A DNA stretch of 64,000 bases from Perna viridis. Taxonomy: Eukaryota. Positions 42,301 to 57,300 of the stretch are shown one piece after another. Under the pieces are notes generated by a model. The model had not been told where the DNA came from. It saw nothing but the letters and a program-made list of their open reading frames with translations, and searched no databases. The position numbers and the translations under genes are program-made. Where the stretch lies: NCBI GenBank assembly GCA_037379345.1, contig CM074518.1:4526001-4590000 (forward strand). The letters are read 5' to 3'. How positions within the stretch are numbered: the first letter of the stretch is position 1; each line of letters opens with the position of its first letter.

Positions 42301-45300
42301 AAGTGGTCGTCCCTTAGCATTGTTGCCACCTGTATAGAATCTTTCAGTTATCCTTATTTTCTTACAATTCTTCCAAAGTCGGAACACATTTAAAGGCGTC
42401 CTCTTGGATATTATATTCATGAAGTCTTGTTGTCTCTAAGTATAACACTTCTAATTTTGTTAATGCACACAATTCTGTATCATTAATTTGTTCTATAGGG
42501 TTGCGTGAAAGATCCCTACAATACAAGATAATTAAGCTATATTTAAAACAAAAATATACAATGATGAATCACTATAATATAGTTGTTACTATTGAGAAGA
42601 AATTCCTTTTCTGTGTTTTATTTCTTTTTTATTTGTTTTAAGCACCCTTTTACCTTTTAAATGTGGATATTGTTCACTAACTTATTATTCATAAAAAGGT
42701 GGGACTAGAAATCCACACACATGTAGTGCTTCATTCAAAAGATCATACTATTGAACTGAATTATCCTGAGATTTAAAGTTTTTGTTTCTCTCGTACAGAA
42801 AGTACTATAAATGCAATGAAGTACGCATACAGTACATCATCATTAGAAGAAATCAGATAAGTGAAACATATCAAATTGCAAAAATATAACAAATTTCCAG
42901 TCATTAAGATTTCAGATCTCCAGGTTAAATATCCTGTGATGCTTCTCATTAAATATTTGCTTGTAAGTTTTTTTTTTAAACAAGTATAAGCTTTAAAAGT
43001 TGCTTAGCGATGTAATAATTTCCGGTGTGCTTTGATTTGTCGTTTCCTATGCTTGCACTTGTGTATGACATTAGAAATGCTTGATATTAACCATTATTCG
43101 TCTTTTGAATCAGAGAAAATTGTATTTGTGAATAGTGAGCACTTTAGATTGCTTCACATTGTAATGAATAGCATAAGTTAGTGTAAATATAAAGTCTAAA
43201 ATTCATTCATTTAAATCTCAATTCCAGATTTCTATCAAAATAACTGTAACTTAAATTCCAACTATTCAGATTTCTTGAAAAAATCTAAACCATTTTGCGA
43301 AACCAAGTTCAGCTCCGCGAGTGTCAATATGTGTACTGATCTGACAACTGACTTGACTTAAAACTATTTCCAGTTTGTCCTGAAAAAAACTTACATTTTA
43401 ATTATGCTACTGGTGTTAGCGAAAGGAACGAATGTTCTTAACTTCTGTTTGTAAATGTGTCTTAATTTGACTCCATAACCTCTTTCGTCTAAACCTGTGA
43501 TATTTTTAATACCATTATGGTCGGCATATCTGTAATATGTTTAAATATCATTATTTTATACATACAAAAAGACAAAATATATGTGTACGCATGGACTGAA
43601 GAGATTGTTGCTTTCATTTTAAAAGTATATTAGTGCGGTTCGATTATTCAATTTCGCAAATGATATACAATGTATTTATAGTTTACACTGATTTCGAAGT
43701 TTATGCAAATTTAAACAGTTTTACAATCCTTAAAACGTTCACGTTTCCCATTTTAGCGTTCGTGCATCGTTTATCGTGCGTTTACACATCGTTTTGCGTT
43801 CGTTTAAACGCACAATAGAAGCGTTCGTTTATTTTTGTACTTTGATTATTTCCTTTATTTAACTGTTATTTTTATTTTTTTTTTTTGCTATAATTAATTT
43901 ATATAAGTTCATTAATTTCATTTTCTATTTTTTCTGTCTTCATTATATGTCTATATTATTATTTTCGTCGTTCATCTATCAAAAACGCACGATATGAGCG
44001 TTCGTGTATCGTGCGTTTAAACGCACGTTAAGAAAGTTCGTTTATCGTGCGTTTAAACGCACGCTGATAGCGTTCGTTTATTGTGCGTTTGATGAGCGTT
44101 TAGCGTGCGTTTGAGTATCGTTCGTGTGGGAAACCTAAACGTCTCAAGGAGTGTACCACAATACATTTTAAATACTTGAAAAATATCCGTGGAATTGTAT
44201 CCATTACTACGTTATTAACTTAGTAGTATATGTACATGTAGTTATTTCAAATCAGTAAACAAATAGTAATTTCAGTTGGATAAAATCATCACACGTGGTA
44301 TTAATTAACCTGCAGTATAAAGTTTTACCCGTCACTGTCATAATGTGATAATGCCCAGATACGAATTTAGAGTTACATCCCCTTATTAAAACGTATTCAT
44401 GATCAAGCAGTTGTCAATGTAAATATGCAAAAACACGATTTGCATAGCTTTCTGAAATGAGGAAATGGTTCCTCAATGAAATAAACATAATAATTGTTGA
44501 TAAACTGGTCAATATCGCGCCCATAGGACAGTCTAAATATCACGATATTAACCAGTTTATCGACAACTACATGTATTATATAATTATTTGACTGTACAGT
44601 ATACATGTACATAGAATATACACAAACATGTAAATATACGGTTATAACTAAATTTCGACTTTCTTCACTACATGTACAAGTGAAGTATTTTGATGAGTTT
44701 AATAGGAATATTTCTAAACATACATACAGTTCTATCAGTTTTGGGAAGTTATTCTCCGTGAAAACCTGATGTGGTAGATGAGACAGTGCGTTGTCACTGA
44801 CGAAACTGAAAAGTATGAACAAGGCATGTGTGAAACATCGCTATCACTGACAAACCGTAAAGATATATATATAAAAAAGGCAAGTGTCAAACGGCGTTAT
44901 CACTGACAAACCTAAAAGATTAAACTAAGCAAATATTCAAACATCATTTTCACTGAAAAACTTAAAAGGTATAAACAAGGCACCTGTCAAACATCGTTAT
45001 TACTGACAAATCTACAATGTACATTAACATGTACTCTACCAAGATTTAGAGCTGTGTAAACGCCCCTTCGGAATGTTGTCCTGTTTCTGTTTTGTTTAAC
45101 ATGTATTCCATTCTCAAATACATTTTTTATTTAATACTAAAATCACCTGCAACTGAAAAGTTGGCAACTTAATAATCTGAATAACATCATTTCCTACATT
45201 GTGCGCATTAAAATTCGAGGTAGATAATAAGAACTTATTACTCACAGATATCTTAAAGATTTGCCGACATTAATCATAGAATTGAACATCAAAGTCGTCA

Positions 45301-48300
45301 TCTTTGGATTTTGTGTGTGCAGCCTCAGTTCCATCAAATTTTCTAAGTCTATCAGTGCTTCTGAATTTAACACCTCTATGTGATTTCCGTGTAAGTCTCT
45401 TAAAGAGAAATTGTAAAAAAAATGCATTAAGTGTGAAACATGTGGTGGATATGAGACGTAATCAATGACAAAAGTGTACAATAGTGAAACTTCTTTTTTA
45501 TTCATACAATTAAATATTTCATGTAACAAACTTATCAAATGTAGGAATTTGTACATGTAGTAAAGTCGAGTTAACACAAATTTTTGGTTCCTACTTAATG
45601 TATGAAAAATATGCATGTCTCCAGGGTTTTACAAACAGACAATATGAGTCCATATTTTTTTAAAGTTTCATAAGTTGAGTTGTACTTTATTTTAGTAAAG
45701 GATGAATACACTTATCAAATACTGTACATACGATATGGAAAGCATAGAGACTGCACATACAATACTGTACATACGACATGGAAAGCATAGAGACTGCACA
45801 TACAATACTGTACATACGACATGGAAAGCATAGAGACTGCACATACAATACTGTACATACGACATGGAAAGCATAGAGACTGTACATACAATACTGTACA
45901 TACGACATGGAAAGCATAGCGACTGCAATAAGACATGCAATGTTTTAAAGCAAAAGAACAGCAAAATGCAACACACAAAATGCATGCACTACACAAAACA
46001 TAAAAGCATAGACTGGCATAAATGCGGGAAAAATTTTAAATTGCTTATATATTAGTAAATGATTTTTATCACCTTGTATGAGTTAAATTTCTACTTACAA
46101 GTGTAGAAGCTCTGTCAAATTTTCAAAAGTACCCCTGGGTAGGTGTGCTATACTATTTGAGTGAAGTTCTCTGCAAATACACATACAGCTGTTTACGTTC
46201 TTTGTCCAAATCATTGTATAACGTATGAGTCAGCCCTAGTATAGAACGGGACTAAGAACGATTCGTTAATACACACCTTGTGACGTTTAGGTTTCCCGCA
46301 GGCACGATACCCGCTCACCAAATGCACGATAAACGAACGCTTCTATCGTGCCTTTAAACGCAAAATAGACGAACGCTCCCAGCGTGAGTTTAAATGCACG
46401 ATAAACGAACGCTGCTAGCTTGTATTTAAACGCACGATAGACGATAAACGATGCACGAATGCTTAAATGGGAAACGTGAACGTCTCAAGGAGTGGAACTA
46501 GTCGTACTGCTTTTGGATTGAAAATTTAAATAAACTTAAGGCCTCTATAAACCTGTAATTGTTCACCGGAAAAATCACTTCTTCTGATGATGACTATTGG
46601 ATCATTTTTACGTCAGGAACAAAGGAATTTTCGCGAAACTGTGAAACCTTTTCATTATCTGCTAAGGTTTGTAAACTGTAAAAATTGTTATTTTTCGCCT
46701 ATCAGTGCCAGTAACTCCTTAATATATAAACCGTATCCCGTTAACAAATGTAAAAAAAGTTCGAAACTTACACAATTTTTAGATTTGTGAGCTGTCGTAG
46801 TGCTCCGGGTTGAACATAGTCTATCTGGTTGGAGCTTAGGTTCCTGAATGGTGTCATAAGTTTCAATTATACAACACATAATTAAAATACAACTAAGTGA
46901 GCCAATCTACGAGTTTTAACATGAATATATTTCACTAGATCTTCTGTATTAAAAAAAGAATCTAACCAACATTTTCAAATGTATTTTTTTCATTTAAAAG
47001 TTTTAAAATAGAAGCAAACATTTATCTGACATAGCACAGGTTAAACTGTTTTAAACAATTCAATGTGTACATTCTTAAAAATTATCTATGAATTATCTCC
47101 CTTTACAACATAATGCACTAGTTTTGAAAATATCATAGCTGAGCAGAAATGTACCGCTGTGCATTCCAAATGAAAAATAAATCTAAAGGAAAGTCCCAAC
47201 ATCGAAAAATTTCTTTCTATAAAGAAATGTTAAAAAATAAATACAAAACTAATAATTATAGAGAATCAATGCCTACCATAGTCAACACAATTTTATTTCT
47301 AAATCGAATGGTAGTTAATATACATATACATTGTCAATATATTCCACTATCACTTCTACTGAGGTATCGATCCTTTCTCTCCGTTAAAGGGGAGAAAAGA
47401 TCGATTACTCTGTGGAAGAGAGACGATTTTTTAGAGTTTAGGGAACACCAATACTTAGTTTATCTTAGAAATGTGCTAAGATCTTTGGGATAGAAATATT
47501 AATGAAGAATAAATTTTTGGGTCAATTTTGAAGACAACTACTAATGCTATTTTAAGTTAAGATGCAAATTAAAAACAAAATCATCATCAAAATGACGATT
47601 ACATGTTTTGTTGATGTTTACTCACAGATGTACAAATGGAGAATCATCAGCTGTTACAAACAATTGTAGATGTCGCTTTGATATCTTCTGTAAACTATTA
47701 CCCTCCATTCCTCTACATGGAAATAATACAATACCGTGATAGTGTATATAAACCTATGTTTAATCTTAGTACCGTCTTGATACTTGAGAGCAGTTTGTAA
47801 GGAAAAAAATCTTCTAAAAAGTATTTTGATCAAATTTTCGTGATATTTCTCACCAACAGATAGAAAATTATTTACAATTTTACCAAACTGAAAAAAAAAT
47901 TGAGTGAGCTAAGTACTTAAAATATGATACAATTGCCCTAGAATATACGCTATACCTAACTAAATTAATGGCAATAAATATGAACTTGTTCTTAATTCAC
48001 TCACACAGTCATTCGAACATAGGATCGTAAAATGACACCAATACTGTCTAACACAATGAATTTCGATGTCTTCCTTTTCAGTAAATCAAAGTACTCGTGT
48101 ACTGAATCAATTTATATAGAGCGTTTGAATTTTTACGCCTCAAATAATCGTAAAATTGCAAAAATATGAGATAAAAGCAAGGATAATAAGAAAGTACAAG
48201 GACCGAGTTCAAACTTATCTAAACACAGGCTTATTGTTGTAAATGTTGTATTTAACTTTTTGATTTATTTTTAAATTCACCATTCTGATTATGAAGGACA

Positions 48301-51300
48301 TTTCATAAACACATAAAAAAATCGAGTTGCATCGTAGCATGCAGTGCACCAGTTTGCGAAAAATTCAGGATCGATGATGGTTTACATAGAACACCTGTAT
48401 ATGAATTTGCACAAAACATCCAATATACTGTATAAATGAACTACAAACTACTAGTTGGTCTTTACCAGTTTCTAAATTTTCAATTCGAAATTCAATTTAA
48501 AGATCTTTAAGTCGAAACTGTCAGTCAAATCATTCAAACTTCAGCAACAATCATTGAAATAAACCATGCCTTTAGATACATGTCCCTCTTAACAAGCTAC
48601 ATTTGTCAGTTGATAAGATATATAGCTCAAGTCCTACAAGTTATCGCAAAGACAACTGTATATCATGTAAACATGTTTAACATGAACGGGGACAAAACAG
48701 AACTGATGCTTTTTGCTCCGAAACATCGAGTGAAGGATTTGAAGGATTGTCATTTCACGTTTAAAGGAAACATCATTACAAGTTCTGACTGTATAGAAAA
48801 TCTGGGCGTTCATTTTGATGAGACTGTCAATGCATCAACAAGTCAGTTCAGTTTCGAAATCATGCTTTTGTCAAATTCGAAACATAGGCCGCATACGTCC
48901 GTACATCTATGAGGATGCATGTAAAACTTTGGTCAATTCATTAATTATCTATCAATTGGCTTACTCTATGGACCATACCAGCTTGTGTCATTAAGGGACT
49001 ACAGGACATTGCTGTGCGAGTGGTAACAAGAAAAACGAAATTCGAACACATTACTTCGACACTTGAGTCTCTTTATTGATTGCCTGTACATTATAAGGTG
49101 CACTACAAAATTATGTATTCAAGTACATGTACATGAAACAAGAAGCGCCACTATATCTAAGTGAACTGGTAAACTTATACAGGCCATCAAGATCATTAAG
49201 GTCTGGAAACAATTTAACACTTGCAACTCTTATTGTGCGAACCAAAACCTACGGCAATAGAAGGTTCGATAAAGCGGCAGCCATTCTTTGGAACGCATAA
49301 CCAAAAGAACTACATAATGCAAAGTTAGTGTTTATTTTCAAAAAGAAGTTAAAAACACTTTTTCAGACAGCATTTTTAAATCCTTAACTTGGTTTCTTTG
49401 ATACATAATACCATAGACGTTTGCTTGCTTTGATTATTGAACCTTGGTTTTAACTGGTGATATGTTTCTGTTATAATGTGTACATTGATTGTTTTAGTAG
49501 CACATATACATTTGTATTTCTTTTCAAAATTATTTTTTTACTGGTAATAAGTTTTATAAGATTTCAATTTTTTAAACTTCTATTTGATAATTTTTAAATA
49601 GCAAACTTATTTTAGACTTTTTACCAATGCATTCTATATATTTTTACTTAATTCGAAAGCGTTTAGTTTCTTGGCACCAAGTTCCAGAGACACGTACATT
49701 TACATAAACACCAAAGTATAATAAAATTTCAACAATTATGTCTTGTGCGGGAAATACTAGCCATGCACTTTTAAGGCCCTGAAGCGCCTACAGCTCTATC
49801 ATTATAATACATGGCAAAATAGAATGATTATTACAAAAAAGCAATATCAACCGACCACAGGCTGACACCAATCCTTAGAGATGTATTATCGAAATATTCC
49901 TGCCATCGTCTATAAGCAAAGTTTCGTTTTATCTGTCATCTCCGTAATGAAAATACACGATGCAGTAATTGATAGATCAGGATAAGGTTTGTTAAAAGTT
50001 TAGAAAAAAAATGAGCGACAAATATTAGCCTTGAGCGAGAAGTGTAGTCCTTGCCTGCCGCCTGGAACCTCTTTCTTTATATACGTTTCTTGATCGGAAC
50101 ACTGTCCCCTTTTTGTTAATACTAGTATATGGATCCGCCAGGACCTGCATGAAATTTCTGTAAACAACCATTCCAATTGGCACTCACCATTGCTATTTTT
50201 CATTTCTATGAGCGATTACTATTTAAAATCTCGCAAGGTTTTTATTTCTAGCTTAGCATCAAATGGTTTATTATATGCGTCTAAGAATATTGTATTTGTA
50301 GGCGACATATTGAATATAATATAATGAACGATTGGTTTATTCTGATAAATGAATAGAAATAAACAGGTACTGGTGAGGTTAGAGGTCAACTATTTTTTAA
50401 TTGGATCGTTGTTAATACATACCAATTAATCATCATATTTATTTCGCAGGAAAAGTTGTTCATTGGGTTTGTTTATTGCAGTAAATAGCATAAAATTAAA
50501 TATGACAAATTAGAAATACCTATAAAGTGGGCCTAACTATGTGCATTTGAACCTTAATGGAGTGTGCCAATGGGACTATTTTCCTGCGGTAGTGTAAGAT
50601 AATTTCAGATGCTAACAGGCTTTACAAATCTAAAGGCTCTGGCGACTGCTATATCAATTCTGATCTTCGATCTAAATTGATAAAAACTATGTTCGGTTGT
50701 TGCAATACAAATTAGAACTGCCATGTTCTGGACTTTTGAACCATCAAATGAGAATTGTACATGTAATCAGTTAAATTTGTTTTTTTTATAATGTATATGT
50801 ATATATGACATCGAGTATGTACATCTACTTACAGATACATCAGCTTTGGCAAGCTTCCAAATGCAGACAATGGGAAGGTTGTAATATTATTATATCCGAG
50901 ACTCCTGACAATTGAAAAGAAGAAATTCGAACAGAGAGCCAATTTACTTTTAACGTGCCAAAAATCACAATATGTATATAGACAGAATTTCATAATTCAA
51001 ATCAAGGTGATGGAAATGTTGTTTTAAAGGGGTCTTACAAGTAAATGTTTGAATAAAGAACTACCTAAAATTTATCAGATTTAAGGACCGAAACAAATGC
51101 ATTCTGGTCACTTATTATATTCATATACTCATCTGTTGTTACTTAATATATTAAATTATAGTGTTCATAAAATATTGGCAAAAAAATGATAGCTTTATCA
51201 AAATGTCAATTATATGTATTAAATCCAATGATACTTACACTAATCGTAAATTGTCTCCCTTGATAAATTCGTCTGGAAACCAATGAAACTGGTTTCTCGT

Positions 51301-54300
51301 CAGGGCCCTAATACAAAAATAAACTTTCACTAATGACTTGTTTGTGCAATAGCATTTTAAAGAAATGTGAATGGCATAGCTAAACTTATGGCTAGAAGAA
51401 ATTATAACGTAATACATACATGTATCATTTCTTGATTCAATGAGTGGTTGTATAATATTTGTAAATCCTACAGTTACCATTATTTTGGTATTTTAAATCC
51501 ATTTTATATAATCCTTCCTATTTGTGATCACATATTTGTTAAATTTTGTTGAATATTAAACAGTTTTAAAAGACTTATTTAGATCGATGTAAACCATATA
51601 TCCTTACTATATCGGATATTCTATATGTACGAGGTGTACGTCTCCCGCAAATATGACTTTAGAATCTTGTACTTACAAGTATTCTAATGAAGCTGGTAAT
51701 TTTCCGTTATATGTAGAATCAATGTTTAGCTTGTTTTCTATCAGATTCCTGTAATGGCATTATACAAAAAGTATGCAATGTTTAACCATTGTATAATATA
51801 ATTTTTTGGGGTTTGCAATTGGTGGACGGAGCTATTTGTACTAAAAGAAAACAAATTTGTTAATATGCCACGGATATTTTGTTATGGGTGGAGTCATAAG
51901 CGAGACTGAGTGAAAACAATCGCATGTCCAATTACAGACGACAATTTTGAGTCATTTTTATATTACAGGCCTCCTACATATATGTCTGACATCGTTGGCG
52001 CTCCGTCCCGACAAATATAGCTTGTTTTGACAAACACATATAATGAGATTTCCTTCGGATTCAGCTTAATATTGTTCGTTTTTTATGTTTTATTTGTTTA
52101 GCCTTTACCACTTAGATTTGTAGTTCTGATTATTTTTTTACACTTTCTACTGCTTCAATGGAGATAATAGTTCTCTGTTCATACATGTTATGTGCTTGTC
52201 CGGTAGTCCTCTAAAGATCTATCCTGGTAAGTCACTTAAACTCAGAGAGAGTACAAATTGTGTACTCTGCCTTGTGAATGGGTATAATTATGGTAAACAA
52301 AAATATTTAAATAAGTTTCTGAGTTAATGATACAGTGGCATACTTTTGGACTCGTTCTAATCAATATCCACAAGACTGCTATATAACTTACAATATAATT
52401 AGTGGTGAGTAATCTACATATGGCATCATAGTTATGGCACAGTCCTTTATAGTTCTGGAATATAAAAGCGTTTGGATTGCCGATGGTTTCTATACACGTA
52501 TCTATATCGTATTAGAAATTGCCTAAAATATCTATGGAGCTCAAATCATGGTACATAATTAACGAATATTTCTTTTTTTCGCCGTCAAATATTTTGTTCA
52601 GCCATTTTTGTGTTTTGTGATCTCTTCATACGATTAAATAAAAAAAGGATCAAGAAAAAACAAAGGCACATTTGAATACTAGTACTTTCCTTCAGCTTGT
52701 ATTTAAATTGTTTTCGGTCGTCTAAGGCACAATTAAAGTAACCAATTTTAGATAAACATTCTCAGACAGCATGCGCATGTATCATAAAAAATAATTTTTC
52801 AATTCAAAAGACAACATATTTTTTGAATAACTTACAGCGATGTCAAGCTGGTTACATGATTGAATGTATCTTTGGCTATACTAAACGGAGGACAGGCATG
52901 GAAGAATCTGAAATGCGTAGTCTATTAGAATGACGAACTCTATAGAAATCTGTATGGTAATCTGATTTTGCTTGCAACACCATAATTTTATTTTGCTACA
53001 TACTTTTCATTGTGTATTAATGTATAATTTTTTTTATTAAACCAGGATAATTGGTTACTCATGAATTTGCTTGTACATGTTAAGGTACTTGTATTATGAG
53101 TGTATCCTCAAATTTCAAGACCCGGATGTTACATGCTATTTCTAGACGTGTTAGTTACTTCATGGTTTAAAACATCATCACATGGACATGTACTAAAAGT
53201 AGGCTTGTGCTACACTAAAACATTAAGGGTATTTAAGACCATATTTGAACTATAATAAACGTAATTGTAAGACTTACATAGAAGACGTTGAAGGTGCAAA
53301 TGTTTCATTGTTGAGTTCTTGGAATGAATAAGACACAATTTCACTGCAAGTAGAAATGGAAAATTGGTTGTAATGAGCCTAGTTTTCTGTCTAAGTATCT
53401 GAAGATATGTCTTATGGCACATCTCAAGACACGCCTCGTCACATCTTAAAATAAAACTTATGATATATCATATTATTGAATTAAAGTCATTTTATGATTC
53501 AATGTTTAACGTTGAGCACACATTTTCAAAGCTTCGTTTTTTATAGTGATATGAAATATATAACACAAGATGGCAACATTAAAGAAACTTTAGGCTTTTC
53601 AGAGTTAGTTACAAGACAAAAGTAAGCTCGAAACTGGGATTTATCTCAGTACTTGCATGCTTCCTCGACAAACCACTTAAATCCAAAAGGAATATCATAA
53701 GACCTCTTTCAATTAAGCCTAAGACAATGTCGAAAACTAGGCATCTAGATTATTTCATTGTCTAACAGATCATAGAACAACACATTTTAAGATGAAAATT
53801 ATGAATAATACCAAAGCTTGAGCCTGGGGTAAATAGAGAATTTTCGTGACTGACGTATCTAAAGTAATCCATCCTTACACAATCAATATAGTATTTCTTT
53901 AGTAAAAATGTTTATCAAGATTTCAGGAAAACTACATTTGCTTAAAAGACTTATTATTTGACTAAGTACATGTAATAACAAAATATAAAGTGGTAAACAG
54001 TCACAGTCGAATAAGGATGACGAAATCTGACAAGAAAAAAAACAAAATACCAAGATATAATGCATATACATGTACTAAGTATCAAAGGATGCTCAAGTTC
54101 CTCTTGTTAACCCCCCCCCCTTTCCCCCCTCTAATTTAACTACATGATATACATGATTGCACATATATTAATGAGAAGTAGATGAAGATATATTTAATGT
54201 CATAATTCAAACTGTATTGGACATCTATAAGCTGATAATTAAGTATCAAAACCCAGGGGTTAACAAAATGTACTTAACACAGAGATATAAATCGACTTGC

Positions 54301-57300
54301 TGTGTTTAATTATTCATCCAGGTCACTTTGATATTTTATCAGTACAGGACGAACTATAACACATGGTCATTGTGACATTTCAAATGAACATCTAATGGTA
54401 CTGAACTTTCCAATGAAGCGAAATAACCTTATAATAAAGATTTCTTCTACAGTCAATCTGTTAAGTTCCTTGTAACATTTCACGTGTAAATACTAAACCT
54501 TATTCATAAATAAATATTCACTGGTAATACTTAAAGTATACGAAATCGAATCAATACGACGGAATGTCATGTATGTACATGTAGATGCTTCAACAATTAG
54601 ATACAAACTCGGCCTATTTCTATGTCATTTTTCCACATGAATATTTCCTCGTGTGCTTTTCAGGGCAGGCAGCATCTAGCAAGGTTTTGACTCAGTGTTG
54701 TCTCTTGGAATAGTAAAAAGAAATTTATTTCATACATGTACCAACCCTTTAGTTTTACAATCACTAAAATGTATCGTGATGGATTATGACAAAACCAAAC
54801 TTACACACTACCGTCACAGTTTTGTAATATACTGTTACTATGTAGTTCGGCGCAATCACATCCGGCACATCTTTGAGTAGGTAAATCGGTTATATATTCT
54901 ACAGTCTCCGACCACAACCCGTTTGCTGTGTCATCTGAATAAAAAAGGAAATATATCTAGTTGTTAACATGTTGTGGGGGTTTCTTATGGAGAATTTTAA
55001 GAAGTTTACCTAGTATTAGGATGTAGCATATCAACTACATGTACGTGTATTTCAGCCCGAGAAGGATAACAAGTATTGATAAACAATTTACAGAATATGG
55101 AGGGGGCACATTTTCTAAATGCATATGTTCTTGCAGAGTATGCATAGACGGCATTGTAATATTAAGTACACGTGTGTGTGAAAGTTCAGGCCGATACATT
55201 TCTTGATGAAACTTGCACTCTGCTTTTGTGTTTGATTTTGTTGCTGTTGTTTTTTTTTTTTTTTTTTGCTTTTTTTGTATATTGTTTTGTGGTTTCTTTG
55301 TTTGTTTGTTTGTTTGTTTGTTTTCAATTTAGAAAAAACTACGAGTTTTTACGACTTTCGGTTTATCCTACTACTAGTTACCAGAGAAACCTACATTGGG
55401 TGTACTTCATTGAGGTTCTTAAAAGATATGCACATTGTGACTAATCTATAGCAAAATCAAACAATATGGATGCACAAGACATGCCTATGAGTATACACTG
55501 TATTATTTTTCGTAAACTTGAACACAAGGGACAATTTTCCACCTCAAACAGTTTCTGCGGAAAGATTATATATGCATTTTTATTTAAATCATTGTGATCA
55601 GTATGTAAGTGGTTTATTGTAACAAGTAGTAACGTTAGTTGTACATGTATCCCTCGTAAATTGAAAAAATAAAATTTTATATCAGATTCGCGTAAAGCAT
55701 TATACAAGTTGCCTTTTCCTGAAACTTATTAGCCAAGTTTAACTAGAAAATCCTCAACATAAGAAGCTATGTCACAAAATTCATGCATGACTGAATGTTG
55801 ATCTGTGTATACTTCGGAGATTTTTTTTCTCATACATCAAGAACTTTATACTTTAATGATTTCAAAATGTTACAACCTTAAAAAAGTTTTATTGCTACTC
55901 TTTTGTGATGAAACGATATAACTTGACAAAATTGTGTTCTTTAAAAGACATTAATTTAAAATGATTAAAATCACATATTATCGCATATTATATATGAATA
56001 GGCTTTGGATAGTATGACAACTGAATTTGGTATTCAGTCTTTTCATCGGATTTTATTACTTGTCTACATGCATTTCATAAGAGTAACATTTTCACCCATG
56101 TGTGTCCTTAGTGTTTACGATGCAAATTAAGGCTGTATGTACATACGTATGTACAAGAATTTGTCTGAAATACATTTATAATGCCTTTCCGTATGATAAT
56201 GCACTGTCCGTTATAATGGTTGTAATCACTCCTTGTAACATATTGAAGGCCAGATGATAGTATTACACTCGTTACACTGTAACTTAAGCTATGTGGTACT
56301 ACGGGTGGGGGCTTAATCGGTAATAGGGTACTCGTTACATAATGTTTAAGACTAGATGATACACTCGAAACACCATATTTACATGTAAGGCAATGTGGTA
56401 CTATCGAAACTCAAGAAACTTAAAGGTTGGATGGTGCATTCGATAAACCATGAAGACTAGAAGATACACTCGATACATCATGCTTAGAGCTAAATGGGTC
56501 ACCAATTACAGCATGGTTAAGACAAGATAGAACAGTTTATACGCCTTGATAGCGAAGAGATGGTACACTCGTTACATTTAAGGTTAGATGGTACACTCTT
56601 TACACTATATTAAAGGCTAAGTGGTACACTCGTTACACAATGTTAAGAGTTAAATGGTACACTCAATACACCATGGTTAAGACTAGATGGTACACTTGTT
56701 ACACCTTTTTTATGGCTACGTAATACACTTATTGTACATCATGTTGAAAGCTTGATGATACACTTGATATACAGTGTTGAAGACTGGATTATATATTCGA
56801 TGATACACTCGATACACCTTAGTTTAGGTAGATGATACACTCAATACGCCATGTTGAAGACAACTGGTACATCTTTTAACCATGTTTAAGGTTAAATCGT
56901 ACACTTGATACACTGTGTTGAAAGCTTACTTGAACATTCGATACACAATTTTGAAGACTGTATCATATACCCGTTACACCATGCTTATGGCTATATGGTA
57001 CATTCGATAAACCTTTGATATTTAAGGCATGATGGTACACTCGTTACACAATGTTGAAGACTACATCATTACATCGTTACACCATGTATAAGGCTAGATC
57101 GTACATTTGTTACACCATGTTTATGTCTAGATGGTACACTCGCCACACCATGTTTAGAGCTAGATGGTACACTCGATACACCATATTTAAGACTAGATGG
57201 TATACTCGCTATACCGTGTTTAGGACTAGACGATACACTCATACAGCATATTTAATTAGATGGTATATTCGCTAAACCATGTTTAGGGCTAGATGATACA

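Noticed and set aside
45687-46055. Overlapping Cys/Met-rich ORFs
   Set aside because: They are translations of the 43-bp tandem repeat.
53657-54430. Possible additional N-terminal exons between exons 2 and 3
   Set aside because: Candidates had weak donors, the wrong phase or stops; unresolved without RNA data.
57051-57275. ORF with RWYTRYT repeats
   Set aside because: A by-product of the 33-bp minisatellite.
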